A stretch of DNA of 64,000 nucleotides, from positions 4,526,001 to 4,590,000 of the forward strand of contig JBHGNT010000001.1 of the NCBI GenBank assembly GCA_043228905.1. Direction: 5' to 3'. The DNA comes from Azolla caroliniana. Taxonomy: Eukaryota > Plantae > Polypodiophyta. Position 1 is the stretch's first letter; each line of letters opens with the position of its first letter. Made by a program: the position numbers and the translations under genes. Under the pieces are notes generated by a model, which saw nothing but the letters and a program-made list of their open reading frames with translations, had not been told where the DNA came from and searched no databases. Below, piece by piece: positions 24,479 to 39,600 of the stretch.

Positions 24479-27400
24479 ACCTTAAAGTAGTTTACAATTG
24501 TCCCTAAATGCATATTAGAGTTGTTCATGATATTCTATGCGGATGCTTGTATGCATAACACCTATTGCTTTGTCTTATTTTTAGCTCCTTCCTTTCATAG
24601 TCTACCTCTTTCTCACTCTTTTTATACATTTGGAATGATGAGCCAATGTCATCTCATCATGGTCAACCAACATTGTCCCCAATTTTTGATAGTTTTTATG
24701 AAACCCTATAGTACAAGCTACAAGAGAAGAGGGTGGTAAATCACAAAGTGAAAACATCATCTTTATAGACAATGAACAGGTTCCACGTTTTTCTTATGTC
24801 TATGGTTTGGATACATGTAATGTTGTAATGGTAGTGTGTGTGCTTGGTGAGTTAAGATCATAGTTTTGATGTCAAGGGATAGGTTTGAACTAGTATTTAT
24901 TATGGAAACTCTACTATCAATGAGCATGGTATTTTTTCTCTACACAAGATGATATTAAAAAATACATGGGCACAACATAGGCCTTCATAAGGGAATTTTA
25001 ACAAAATACATGGATATCACAAGACTTATTGAGAGAAGGTATTGTTTTTGAAACGCAACCAAAGTTGACGATAATATACTATAACTTTTGAACTAGTTTC
25101 ACGCAATATGAAGAATACCGTATTCAGTCGAAATACAAGACTTGGCTAACATAGCCATGATTATCCTACAATTCAATGGATGGGCCATTCTTCGTATACA
25201 AACAAAAATAAACAAGGGAAAAGCACTTTAAATTAATAAAGAGAAATTAAAAACTGTAATTGTACATCCGCTTAGACATTATCATTATGTAGGGATGTAT
25301 ACCAAAAAGTGGTCCATATGCTTGTCCCATTGGGGGTCAATATTTAATGGTAATTCTTGTGTCAAGATACCTTAACTACATCTTGGTTTCTTAAATTTCG
25401 GGTGCCTTACCTCAGGACCATTCCATGGTGCGATGTGCTTCCAAGTGATAATTAACGAACTTGGATGTTTGTGGCAAAACCATGGATAAAGGTTAGCTTG
25501 GAAGCTCAATTTAAAGAAATCTAGCAATATTTCTAAACCATGAATTATTCAACAACTCCAAAGTTTATGTAAAAAATTGAGAGAAAAAATAGGCATTGTC
25601 AACATTCATATGCTACATTCATTTTAAGATGCCATAAATAATTCCAGTACATCCACTTTATGAACACCTGCTTTTTTATTTGGAACACCGTGAACATGAA
25701 CAATGGTGGTAATAATCAAAGGACTATAAGTGCAAATATTTGAACAAAAGGCTTGGTGTAGGATATGATGTCAATTTTGTATGAATTTGTTGATAGTTTG
25801 TTTTTTGTCATGGTTGAGTAACTTTATGCACCTTGCCAGATATGATAGCAAAGGAGTAGTAACCTAAGACACCTTTTCGAATCTCAACACATAAACTTTG
25901 TAAAGCATTTTCCTTTTCTTTTGGGCAATTGGTCCATTCCAAAGGGATGAATGATTCTTCACACAACAATGAAGTGAGGTTGTGTTCAAAGCAAAATGGA
26001 AATTTGCTTTGGCGAGGATGGGGGGTGGGAGACACTGCCATCATGCTTTTCAACCCCACTTGTAACAAACACTTCAAAGTCAATCATTTCTTCAAAACGT
26101 GGATTCTTTATTTGAACATACAATATTCAATGTTCCCCCCTCTTGAAATGGTTGTGCAAATGTACCACGTTGTCACTATTTGTATTTGTAAGGAACTTTT
26201 TATGTTTCTAAATGTAAAGAATTATGCAATCACTGAACTTATGAAAACAATTTCCATTATCTTACTATATTGGTGTTTTACCATGTTATCACTTGATGTC
26301 TACTACATCAATCTCCATGCGTGCCACCCATGGTGTTTTGACCTTATATGAATAGAAGTTCTTAACTTGATATCAAAGCACAAGGTCTTTGCAAATTCAA
26401 TGTTCATAAAATGGGCTCATTCCATCTTGTAATTTCTGAAGGTCCATAAGTTGTTTTCCATATTAGAAAGAACATGTTTTTTTTAATGATATTTATGCAA
26501 TGAGTTATAAATGACAACCACCCTCAATTATACTCGAGGGTTGATTTGCGACCATTTCAAAAAGACCATCACTACATTGCTTGAAACTTTTAAAACAATT
26601 ATAGACGGAAGTGCCTTTGAAGCTTGAAATTGGAGATAATCACATAGGATGCCAACTTTGTAAATTTGTCCTTTGCAACAAGTTTTTTCTTCAATGAAGA
26701 GTTTTTCATGCTAATTATTAGCAAAAGTGTCACTTCAAAATGTCAATACATACGACTATTGTGGCATATCCCCACACGTTTTTCATACTACTTCATAGAA
26801 ACCGAAGGTTGAAAAGCAATTCAAGATGCAGAATCTTCAAATACATTATAATCTAGTTCTAAGAATAGAGAAATTTTCATTGTTGATAAGCCATCAAACT
26901 TTTGCTACCGATATCATGAGAAAATCATAATGGACTATCAATTCCTTAGGGTTATCTATTTGGACAAAGAGATCAAATAATGTGAAGCGAAAGAAAATTC
27001 CGCCAATTAAACAAAAACAACCTTATGTCTTGCTCTCAATAGTGCCCATCCCACCACTTCACATGCAAAAGTAGACTCTCAAACCAATATAATGTCAAAA
27101 ACCAAGCACACATGATCCTTTAATAATAATCAACGTAATCTATTATTTCGGCTTGACTTGAATTAAAAATGTGCGACACCCACGCCCCCACCCACACATA
27201 GTTCATATCAGACTTTGTGACAATAACTCTCAGATTTCCATACTTTCATTAAGTGATTGCATGTTTATGATATTGACAATGTTCACTTGCCTCTTATTGG
27301 CTAATTGTTATTGTGTTTATGTAAACACGCATACTTCTAATTGTCCTCTTAATCACAATTTGTTACACTTTTCACAAAAACAAACATTACACATACCAAT

Positions 27401-30231
27401 GATTCTCTTTCTGTAGGGCCCCCTTTGCAAGTCGCAATTGTTGGTTAACATGCCATTCATTTCATTTGTATATATTGCCCACTAACTATCCCACTTATAT
27501 ATATGTACACAATTGGAAACATGTTCCCGCTTCATAATATATATATATACTTGGTGCCAATGGACCCCCACTAAGATGAGTTTGGCTTGTCGTGGGGGAC
27601 TGAAACCATACTTAAATTACTAATTACTTCAAAGCTTTGGTCAAATTTAGTGTGTGCATTTCCAGGAGGAGATGAAGGTCAAAAAAATAAACCAGAAATA
27701 GGAAGCATGAAGTTTAGACAAATACATTACTTCTTGGGGGTCACCCATCCAATATGTACTTTCTTTGGAACCCAAGTTGGCTATGGTGTTACGGACCTCC
27801 TATAGAGCCAAGCTGAATAAGCCTAACAACTTGTCACCAACTTGCAACATCTTTCCCGGGTGCCAATTTTGTTCTCTTAGACAAAGGGTGCAAGATGCTC
27901 AGGGCACGCGTTGAATAACCTTAAGCTTTGGTAGATTCTCTTATGTAATTCATTGCACGAGTTCTATGGGGTGCTACATACTTGTACACACAGATACACA
28001 TGGACACAAACTTTTACATACATATGGATACGTGAAAAATGTTTCCCAATGCAGCTCAACATTGCGTAACATGATGGGAAATGTATTATTTTTATTCACA
28101 CATGCATATATCAAAAACCTCTTTATGGGGGTTCAATAACACTTCCCTAATTCTTTAAAATTGTGAGACTATTGAGGTTGAAATGAATAATGATGAATAA
28201 CAATATGAAGTGGGGAAAGTGGAGATGACAAATGATGTTTGGTTATGTCCAATAGCCAATAGCACCTACATGATTATGCAAGGTGTGGGCATGTTAGTTA
28301 ATGTTTGAGAGAATCCACAAACCATGTTGTTGATGAAAACAATGAACGAGTGGGCAATGTGAGGATCAACAATTATGTTATAAGTTTTTGAAGCTCTGGG
28401 CCATAAAATGGTGTCTCAAGGAACATAACTTGTAAGTTGTAACAATGGAACCAGTTCCCAATCAAATTATGTGTGATTGTGGGTGAGCAATCACACATAA
28501 TTTGAAAACTTATAAAAAAGGATTGACATCAGAAAACAGAATGGCAAGCTCAAGTTTTAAAAATGAAATAAGAACAAAATAAAACCATGGAAAATTTTAA
28601 GGATGTGGATAACCAATGTTTTGTGAATCTACAAGAAGCAAAGAAAGGATTTTGAAAGACTAATAATACAGTCCAGCCTATGATGGTTGTTGGTTCGGTG
28701 TGGGAGGAGAATCTAGATCACTACCAAAACAATAAAACAAAGCAATTTGAACTAAGAACACAAAATCCAATTCCTCTGGAAAAAGCTGCCAAAAAAGGAA
28801 GCCTTCCCCAGAAAAGCAAATAGCAGCAGTAGTTAGTAGTAGTACCCTCTCTGTTGTGAAGGAAGGGAACATTTAATTCTTGATCTGCCTTCAAGACAAC
28901 AGGTTATAAAGAGCAGCTAAGCTTAGCCCCAGCCTTTGCCCCCTTCCCAATGATTCCTCCTATCCTAGTCTAAGTACATATTATTACTCTACTCTAATCT
29001 CCATCCAATTCTGGTTCCTCACATTATACATACATATCACCATTCACACACTCCCACACAATCAATCAATCATCATAAAAACTACTCTCCATTTTTGTAT
29101 CTTCCGTTATCATATAATAACCAGTGAAAAGAAAACAAAGATTATCATCATGTCCTTCCTCCTTCTATATGTGTGTTTGTTTGTGTGTGAGTAAAAGAAT
29201 TTGATAGAGCTTATATGCTTCTGTTGCTTTTCGACTTCCATTCTCGGTGACTTGAGTTTAGATGATTAACATCCACGTTTGCTTTTCCGAATTAAGCTTC
29301 GGATTTTGCCAACCAAGAGCAAGCTCATTTAGTAACGAAATATCTTAGTTACCAAAAAAATAATGCTCTTCCCATCGATAAGTCACGGATAGAAATGATA
29401 ATATTGATGGTAATCTTAATACTCATTCATGTGTATATATAGATCAATTTGTCCAACCATAAATGTTTGTTTTTATGTGTGAGTGGACCAATACATATTT
29501 TCAAAGAGATTGTTGTCATATATATAATATAACACACTAATTCTCTTGGGCTATTGATTCCATAGAGAGAGAGTGTATGTGTATGTGGGGGGGGGGGGGG
29601 GGCGGAGTCGGGACCCCATTGCTCATAAAAGTCATGTTTTTCATAGTTAGAAGTCTTGTTTTTCCTGGTATGAATTCATAAATGAATGTAGAAAGATAAC
29701 ATATTTTACACAAATGCATGCAATGACACAGCTAGCTATACCCATTCACCCAAAACCAAACCATGTATGATTGATTCTCTTTCTTTCCCTTAACGAGCTC
29801 GAATACGTTTCAAATGTCAAGGCTTTCCTTCACATCATAAATATCCAACAATCCATCTTTTCCCCGTACCGAAGTGGCATATCTTCTTTCGTCAATCTCG
29901 CAACATAAAAGAAAGCAAATGAAAAAGCAAACCAAAACACACAGTCTCTTTCCCAGACTGAAAATATTAAGGGGGCCTATCGGTGTACCCTAGGTCAAGG
30001 GTTCGAATTTCGATCATGCGCATCTTTGAGTGTCAAAGATGAACTCAATTCGAAACATTTGTCACCATCTTTCATAACTTCGCATCAACAGTGTGGCAAC
30101 AATTCAAATCTAATCCAAGCAAATTAAGAGAATTCACATTTATCTAGGCAAAAAGTTATGCTAGTGAAACACAAAAATGATTTTGTTTAATACACACATG
30201 CAGATGTATGCATTTAGTAGAGTGATGGTAG

Positions 30232-30346
30232 CCACCACAATTATTGTTTATCTTGCTCTTCTAGCAGACCTTGATCGATCTTCATATACCACCACAATTA
30301 TTGCTTATCTCGCTCTTCTAGCAGACCTTGATCAGTCTTCATATAC
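30232..30346. repeat. 57 bp tandem duplication
   Basis: ccaccacaattattg.ttatct.gctcttctagcagaccttgatc..tcttcatata x 2. Confidence 0.85.
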
Positions 30347-31316
30347 AAACTAGGAACACAGTTTTGAGGCTAACTCAAGTCAGCTACTTGCAGTCACAAA
30401 AGTTTACAGCCAAGTGCTCGCAATTGGAATGTTCCAAATCCATACCTTATAACCTTTACTACCATATCCAGCCTTCAACACAAGTTATACCTCACTTAAC
30501 TTAGCAGTAGCTCGCAATGAACTGTTTTCCGAAGCTGCACCGGAAGATCATAACCTTCCATATCCATGATTATTAACAGTATCCACCGTTTTGCATCCTT
30601 AGCCCATTTCAAACAAAAATATGAACATCACATTTCGAATACTCTAGAGTACACAATATAGATAGCCCAAATCAATATTACACGGGATACTAGATTTGCA
30701 AAACACTAAACATTCTAAATTTACACTGTTTTCCAACCTTTTCTGACACTTTTTTTCCTTTTAATGGTGGGCTAAATACTTACTACTAACACTGTTTTTC
30801 TTCTGAATCTGATTGAACAGAAACTTTTTCAACAAAAGTTGTCAAATTACAAGAGAACCCACACACATCACCTGTGTGAGTGAGATAGAGGAAGAGAGTG
30901 AGTGAAAACAAGTGTTTTTATCTAAAAACATATCCCTAAATTTTACTGAACACTGCCCTGATACTGAGATATAATTATCCTAAAAACCTTTTCAAAGATG
31001 GATTCATCTGTATTAATTCTTTTTGCATTTTACTGCTCTAGAACTAACCCTAATTCTTCAATTTCTTCATCTTCATCTTAATCTAAGTGGAAAGTAATAC
31101 AAAACTCGACACTATGTAGAGAAAGAAGCTGTAGAAAGGCCGCCTTAATAGTCAAGCCAAACAAGCTAAATACAGAATCTTTACAGGTGATTTTCTGCAG
31201 AGAGAGAAAGACTCCAATTTTAGTACTGTAGATCAGTTTTTACTTTCTCTTTCCCAATACCATTTTCGGGTATAGTAACATTTAAGGTTCTCTGCAAAAT
31301 TCGTAGCCAAGCGTGT

Positions 31317-33117
31317 TCAGACGCTGCTAACACTCTCTTGAATGCTTTCTTCTGCTTCTAAAGTACTATCTTCGTCTTCTTTTCTCATGCTATTTGATGG
31401 CGTAGCAATAAGGCGTTTCTTGCAGCTTCCATGACGACCCCTGTAGGATATAATATCCTTGTTAATGGAATATACATGCTTACGATCTTCAACAGAATTC
31501 CCTTCACAGAAACTCGAAGTGCAAGGTTCTGCTTCTAAAGACTCTTTGTAAGAGTCCGTAATCTGAGAGCGACAATCATCTCTTTCTTCTCCACCGTCAA
31601 TTTCTTCTTCATTGTCGTCTTCATCAACGTCTTCTTCGTCTTCCTTAATCTGTTCCTCAACCTCCTTCATACGCCTCATTTCAAGAATCCTCTTGTGAGA
31701 ATTTGAATGAACTTCGCTCACAAAAGTAGGGCTACCTGCAGGTCTATACTCAGGAACTAGCCTTCCAGATTTATACCGTACTCCACAAGCATTACACAGT
31801 GTCTTCGGTCCGTTTGGCCCAGCCCTCCATTGAGGTGTCTTCTGGACAAGACAGTGAGAGCACCTCCGGGGAGGAGCTTCCGCTATGGCAATGGCAGAGA
31901 CAGTCTTGTAAAGCCTGGCAGAAGCAGAAGAAGGTGAGGAAGAAGATAAAGAGGGAGGGGAGCTTTTCTTTGATTTCTTCATAGGATAAGTAGAAGGAGA
32001 AGGAATAAATGAAGGCCGGTGCCGATGATCAGAGAGAGAAACAGACGAAGAAGAAGACGATGACGATGATGAGGACGAAAAAGAATGGTTTTGACGATGA
32101 AAGAATGGACAATCCTGTAAGACAGTGTTCTCGACCAAAGTAGGAATGAGAGTGTCTACAGACCATATCCTACCACCGCTTCGAGATCTTTTGCTTCGAG
32201 CTCTGCTAGGGACATGGTGAGCTCCATTAGATAGATACGAAAGCCCCCCTCCTAACTCTAACACAGAGATGGGGCTAGGGCTTTGAAACCTGTCTTGAGC
32301 AGACGCAACAGTTCTGCGGTTCTCTTCTTCGTCTTCTTCTTCTTCTTTGGAGCTCCTTAAGCTTCCTGAGCTTACAAGGGATGCGAGCTTCCTGTCTCCC
32401 GAGTAGGAACTGTCTTCATTGAAAGCCGACAGCCACTCAAGCTGGTTGGCTAGCTCGTCAGACTGCTCAGAAATTTGTGTAGAATTCATGAGCAAAGAAC
32501 CAAGACATGGAACAAAGAAGCATAGACAAGCGTATGTACATGTGTAAGTGGAGCCATACGGAGAATATCTATATATGTATATGTATATACAAACATATAT
32601 ACAGCTTGGTCAGACATTCATGGTAAATTTCCTGAGCAAAGAAGAAGAAGAAACAATGGAGAGGGGTCTCTGTGAAGCCTTTTTGAGAGGATGAGAGGGC
32701 TGAATTCTGCCAATTAAAGAAAGAAGAGACAGGAGGAATCGAAGAGCTTACCGGCACACAGAGCCCATCGTGGGAAGCTTCTTGAGGGAAGGAATTGGCT
32801 GTTATCTGAGAAGCAGCAATGGCTTCTTTCTTTGAGGATGTGGTGGGAGACGAGGGTTGCGGGACCTCGACCTGCGAGGCAGTACTGCAGTTGGTTTCCT
32901 CTTCTTCTTCTTCTTCTTCTTCTTCTTCGTATTCTTCGAATCCACACACCGATTCATTGGAAAAGTCGAGGAGATCGTCGATTCTAAAATTGGACTCGGG
33001 AGGGGGGGCCAGCCATGGCGTCTCTTCTGCTTCCGGGAGCTTGTGGAAGCGTCTGAGGGAGTCGTAGTAGGATTGTGCGCCAAGCGAGATAGGAGAGAGC
33101 AGAGGCGTTATCTCCAT
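31317..33117 (-). CDS. GATA transcription factor, plant subfamily I (class A)
   Basis: Exons 33117-32752 and 32462-31317 (phase 0). Motifs [15 protein letters not shown]|[19 protein letters not shown] and RARSKRSR precede the zinc finger [47 protein letters not shown]...HSNSH. Confidence 0.95.
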
Positions 33118-33457
33118 GAAAAAGCTTTGGAGGAGACAAGTGCAGGGATGGGGCAGGAAAGACCAGAGAGCAGCGGAGGGGGTGGGTAAGCAGAGAAAGG
33201 AGTGAAAAGCTATAAAGCAAAGAGAGAAGAAGCTGAAGCTGAAGCTGAAGGAAGGAAGGAAGGAAGGACGGAAGGAAGGATTTCTCAAGAAGGAGGGAGG
33301 CCTGCAGAGAAGAAGAAGAAGATGATGATGATGAAGAAGAAGAAGAAGAAGAAGAAACTGTCAAAGGTAATACACAGAAGCTAAAGAAAAAGTAGACGAG
33401 AGGGTTGAAAAGGGAGGTGTAATGGGGGGGGAAACTATGGGGAAGCTTCACTAAGCA

Positions 33458-33502
<45 letters not shown>

Positions 33503-33640
33503 AAGAGGCTATGGCGGAGCTACACAACTGTTGGAGGGAGAAAAAAGACTTGATTTTGGTTGGGGTGATTTGATGGAAGAAGATGAAGGAAGAAGAAGAA
33601 GAAGAAGAAGAAGTGTAAGAGAAGTGAAGAGAGAGGAAAA

Positions 33641-33686
<46 letters not shown>

Positions 33687-36600
33687 GACACACAAAGCTT
33701 GTGACAAGAAAACAAAAAAACGCGGAGAAAAAAGAAGAGAGAGAAGAGGGGGGTGTTTGGTTTTGAGTGCTGGCGCGCGCCTCTAACCCCCCCCCCCCGC
33801 TAAATCAAACAGAAGTCAAGACGGCGCTATAATAAAAAAAAACCCTTCCTTCTTCTTTTTCTAGTCAAGCAAGCAAACCGCTAATACTCGCGTTCGTTCC
33901 GCCGTTAGTTCTAGCGGCTCTCCTCTGAACGGAGCTGAGCCCAGTCAAGCAAGAAATCGTGACCGCTTATCGTCTGGCTCACGGCACCCCCCCCTAGATT
34001 TAGCGACGCCTCCCCCGCTAATTGTAGCCACCCCCAGAAGCGAACGAATCTAATTCAATCCCATTCAATAGTTAATAGTAGTAACAATAATACTAATAAT
34101 AATAATACTAACAGTGAGCGTATCTTTTCTGGCACAATCCTTTATTTTTATTTTTATTTTTATTTTTCCTTCTTCTTCTTCTTCTTCTTCTCCTTTTTTT
34201 TTAATTACCTTTTTCTTTTTTTTACCTGTTTAAAGAATAAATTAAAAAAACTGGTTCAAAAAAAACCCCTTTCCCTCCTTCCTTCCGGTTTTCTTGGATT
34301 ATAATTTCTTTTTTACTCTCTCTTTAAAATATTAACGCCCCCCCCCCCCCCCCCATCCCCTGATTTAGAGACATCTCAAAAATTGAATTTGTTCACGTTG
34401 ATTCCTCTTCTTTCTTTCTTTTCAAAATTTCCAAAACTCTCTCTCTCTCTCTCTGCTTTGGAATTCAAAAAAAAAATCTCCTCTTTTTTTTTAAAACAGA
34501 ATGTATTATATGATGAACTCGCTTTTATTTGCTTTTTTGCTTTTCCCCTTTCCTTTAATATCGACAGGGGAGGGAGGAAGCGCTGAAATAGCCCCCCCCC
34601 CCCCCAAAAAAACAAAAAAGCTTAATTTGCTAGGAAAATGGAGGAATTCCATTGTAGAATTTTTCTTTTAGATATATATACATATATATATATATATATA
34701 AGAAAATAAAAATGGGCTTCATCCGTGGTAACATCACTCGGCGATTCAGAAAAGGACACGTGGCAAGAAAACGTATAAAGACCTCATGCTTTTCTTATGT
34801 TATGTATTGAAAAACTCAAAAACAAAAGTAAAAAGCCAAAGAATAAATAAAAAAAGAAATAAATGTTTTACCGGCAATAATAATAATAATAATAATAGGT
34901 TTGAGATATACATACACATACATACCATGTATTCATGATTATATTTGTTTTCCACTCAAACAAGGGAGCGTCCACACGCCTCTTCGTTTTTGTTTTGTTT
35001 TAAATTATCTTTCTTTTTCGGAGATGTTCTTGGCGAGTTTGTGGGCCACCGTCCGGACGCGTGTGAAACGCATGCCCACACCACCACCATCCCACTATTT
35101 GTTATATCAAATTTTTATGTAACTTTTTCCCTTTTTTCTCTTCTCTATCGTTCCATCTTTTCTTATTGTGCTTGAGACTCTAGAGCCAAGTTTTTGTTGG
35201 CCCACTCAAGAATCCCACACACCTATTCTCACATTTGTAATATAAATATACATTCTCCTGGCATGAGCTTCTGGCATCTGCATCTGCTTTGCACCCAGGA
35301 AAATTGAAATAAAAATGAATTGATTGTGTGCCCCGTGCTTGGCACATAATAGTATAGTACTTGACGATAGTACTCAAAGATTGTTGCTGACTCAAAATTT
35401 TCGCAAGCAACATCAAACAATCGTTACATGAATTGCCTATGTGAACACTCATTTTAAGACATTGTTAATACTTCGGGGATCTTAAAGCAATAGATAGTAT
35501 CATCCTCCATCTTGGTTTCTAGAAAGAACTCCAAGTCCTTCCAAATGTTACTATACATTGAACCGTATGAATGAATATATTTTCATCAACTCAATGAAGG
35601 TATCACATGTCTCTACGGGTGCATGTACATTCATGCCCCCATATAAACATGTGTTGTAAACATTTTGCACAATATGAGTTGTACATTTATAGTTCTCCAA
35701 TATTTTTACAAAGATGCTATTGTGTTGGATGATGTTTGTGGGATACAAATTGTGAGGTGTTCAATCAAGCTTATTCTTATTTAACAGGATGCTTCTTAAC
35801 CGAGTAGCTAGGCACGTGACTTGTCGATATGGAGATAATAAACTCATTCCCAATTGTAACAAGAGGACACTAGGGATGCAATGTTTGGTGGAAACGAAAA
35901 GCTAAAAAGTAGCCATTGTTTTTATCATTACTTGCAGAAGTTTTTCATGTCACTCTTGCTCCTTATTGTCAATTGTTTGCGCCTATACACATTTATAAAT
36001 TGGTTTGATTGGGAAAATAAGTTTTTTAATGTACGAATAACACAGCCACACATACAAAGCCACTAAATAAAAAAAACACCATTTATGTGTTGAGCAAGGT
36101 TTAATAAGTAAAGCAAGCAACTTATTTCCACTACTAATTAGTCTAAAATGAAAGAAAGAGTTATTATGTTTTTTTAACTTGGTATGGAACATAAGTGAAT
36201 GGGTGAAAATACTCTCCATAAGTATAATTTAACTTTAAGATGTGATCATGGATGCCCTCCCCTCCCCCCCCCCCCCCCCAAGTAATCAAAAAAACAATAG
36301 AGTGATTGTGGACTTCTCAAGCGGTTTTGATCCTGTGAAGTATGTTTTTTACGTTGAAATTGCATACATGTTATCAATATTACAAATTAACTATAGAATG
36401 TTTATGTGAGGTTGGAATGGATATTGTCGCACTCTCAAACTATGATGAACCCCATTGAAAGTTGCTTGGATTTTAGAATGGCTCATAACCTTGTAATTTT
36501 AAACAAACAAAATATTACTTGATATGAACATTTTGGGTCTTATAGTGGAAGTATTCTTCTTGTTGTTTTAAAGTTTCAAATTTCAAAACATTTTGATTGT

Positions 36601-39600
36601 TCTTTTGAGAGTGTGGATAAGTTATTTCAGACACATACAACTTGTCATTAAAAGCACCCACGAGCTTTACACACGCTACAATATTGGGCGTCTTTCACAT
36701 ATAGAATGGGGTTGGTAGGTGTATCTAAATTCATTCTTTACCTAAACAACGAGGGTTGTTCCATGTGCAGCATGGCCTTTCTTTTTTCGTAACTTCCAAA
36801 CATGTGCAACTCATAATGCTTAACTTTTCAATACTTTTACTTTGCGCTATACGCCAATATACATCTCTTTCTCATTGAGTTAGAGCTCTTGGTCTACACG
36901 CTTCATTCGTCACGGCGAGTGTCCCTTTGGGCACTTTTATCCACAACATTTCAAAAAAACCAATGCCTTATCCACAATGGGAGAACTTATTGTTGTTGAA
37001 CTCAAAAAACTATTGCTTCAATTATTGACGCATACGAAAATATCAACATGACTATTCATACCTTTGGTTTGAGCGATTTGTTTATTTGATTCTTGCTTTG
37101 GCGTGTGTAAGTTGAGAATTTGTTTAAAATATGAAATATGTAAACATGCAAAGGGTTGCCTACTTTGAGGTTAAGTTAGAAAAGCATAAATAAAGGTTTT
37201 CATGTACGCATGTTGTTTCATGCATACATCATTCGTTTATCCCTTGATTTATTGTTGATGGTGTATTGTAATAGTCATTAATCACGACAATGTATTTGTC
37301 ACTTATATGTATAAGATATAAATTTTTGAGATACATCTTTGTCTCTAAGTTCATTGTTTATGGATTGATATGAGTATGTTTACCTCAACACGTCCCTTGC
37401 ACATGTGTGCTTCAATAAAAGAGCCTACGAAATATGAAATCACCTTTAAATCAATGACCTATTATTTGCATCACATTAATTGTCAAACAACTGAATGGAA
37501 GAAATGGTTGATTTTAGCATAATTCAATAATACAACCCGACACTTGCAAATACATCCAATTTACATTACATTACATATGTAAGAGCTACAATGAAATGTG
37601 ATGTCTATTGTTTATGTATTTGTGTTTGTGGACTTGGAGTAGGATATAAACACCATTATGCATCCACACATACCATGACATTATATTATTCTTATGCAGA
37701 CATTTAGTGGATAAGACAATGTATGTAGTCCAATTCTTCTCCATTATTAGCTTCTCATCTTATTGTAATTGCCCCTCATGACCATGACCCCGTGTCATGC
37801 CTCCCTCTGGGTGATGGAGGGTGGGTGGGCGTTGGAAGGTTAATGAATGTGAACATGATTTCACGTTTCAAGCTCATCAAGAACTGACGTGATCTTCGTC
37901 ACGCTTTAGACACGATTCACATTCTCATAACGACTTTTGTGTATGTTATAGAATAAGTGTCGATGATGATATTATTATTTTCCGCAACTTCAATACACGT
38001 GGTTATGGTTTAATGGTGTCCACACAATCAACAAAAGTAAAATAGTCATAGCATAACCATAATGGGGGGTTATCAAAGTTAGTGATTAGAATATTATTCA
38101 TTTCCTTCCATGTATGTGTATATGCATATATTATCTAGATAGTACAATTCGGTTTTGGCATGACATGATTATGCTCGTCTCTCTAGCATGCGTGCTCCTT
38201 CTTTTATTAGAGGCATGTGTTGTCTCGGCCATTGTGTTTATTTCATCTATACATATGCTCATGCTCTTTGGGATTTTGCACATGAAAGGTGCTCCATGTT
38301 GGCATTGATGAATGTGATCCTTCCAACATCTCCCTACCAACATGGTCGAACTCACTCAAGTGCCATATTCATCTCCTTGTAGCATTCATTTACCACCATG
38401 AATTTGGAGCCATGCCATTTAATGCCATAACCATGCTAACCACCTTTAGCATAACAACTAAATCAAAATATTTTCCCGAAATCAAGAGGTTGCCATCTAC
38501 TCTCTCCTTTTATTTTATTTTCAAAAACCACGAGGGGGGAGCACCTACTTTGATGGCAATATGGAAGTTTTATTTTGATATGTTTACTATTTATGAAATT
38601 AGAAAAATAGATCATGATATTTCTCTTGATGGTATTATGCCTCGTTGAGCCTTTTTTTTGTGCTAGTAGATTCCACTAGCTTTGCACTATGCAATCCATT
38701 CAAGCCGACAACATGAAAAACATTGAGTTGATAATTGTTGTGAGTCATGCAATGCCCCACAAACATTCAATTTAAACTTTGGCCCCAATCCCATGGCGTC
38801 CTCCACTATAGTTGATTTGAGCATGATGTGAATGAATGGGCTTGTTATTTGATTCTACCTTTCTATTCGTAGTCAATTATACATTATTTTGAAGATGTGA
38901 CAAACTTGAATAATGCTTCGCTTTATGGTGTATTGTTCTAAAAATTTCAACAAAATCAACACTCCCTTTTTGAATAGGTTTAACGTAAGCACGTGTCACA
39001 TTCGATCGTTTGACTGGCTCGATGTAGTTGGATGATAGCTGGCATTATATCATGTTACTTTGCATAATCATAGATCTCATGCCAATAATAACCAATACAT
39101 ATTTGATTGTGATTACTTGCAATTCGATTGTCAATTCATTCACGTGCAACTTATGCCAAACAATGCCTTGGCTATAAAGGCGTGCCATGGCCATCATCAA
39201 AGGTCTACATTCACGTGGAATGGGATGGCTATGATGTAGGTTATGTGTCCAATAAGAGGCAAGCAAAATATACACCAAGGGGGCTCATTAACATGCTTTT
39301 GTAGGGGGAGTTTACACTACCTACCTTTCAAGGGCATGAACATAGGGGGAGTCACAAAGGCATTCAAATGTATTATCGTACTTAGTCTTTGCACAGTGCT
39401 CCAAAAGCAAACACCCCATCTTGTTAGACAACAATGATCGCATTTTCTATAATGATGCTTCAATAATATCAAACTAAAACCATGAAGTGCATCTCGTTGC
39501 ATAATGTGTTTTTTTTTACAACCTTTTTGTGACGATTCCCGTCGTGTGACACATGAAAATGCACTCCGCATCGCAAATGTCCGATGTTGGGATATTGAGG

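Noticed and set aside
24900-27000. Possible hAT transposase relic (minus-strand ITRWN near 26430; LAKILSQ near 35400; similar at 53600-54100 and 57700-58700)
   Set aside because: Only isolated short motifs, with no TIRs or continuous frame. It needs TBLASTN against TE libraries.
29970-30015. B-box-like GGTTCGAAT suggesting a tRNA/SINE (similar at ~4460 and ~48810)
   Set aside because: No cloverleaf, no convincing A box, and no tail or TSD.
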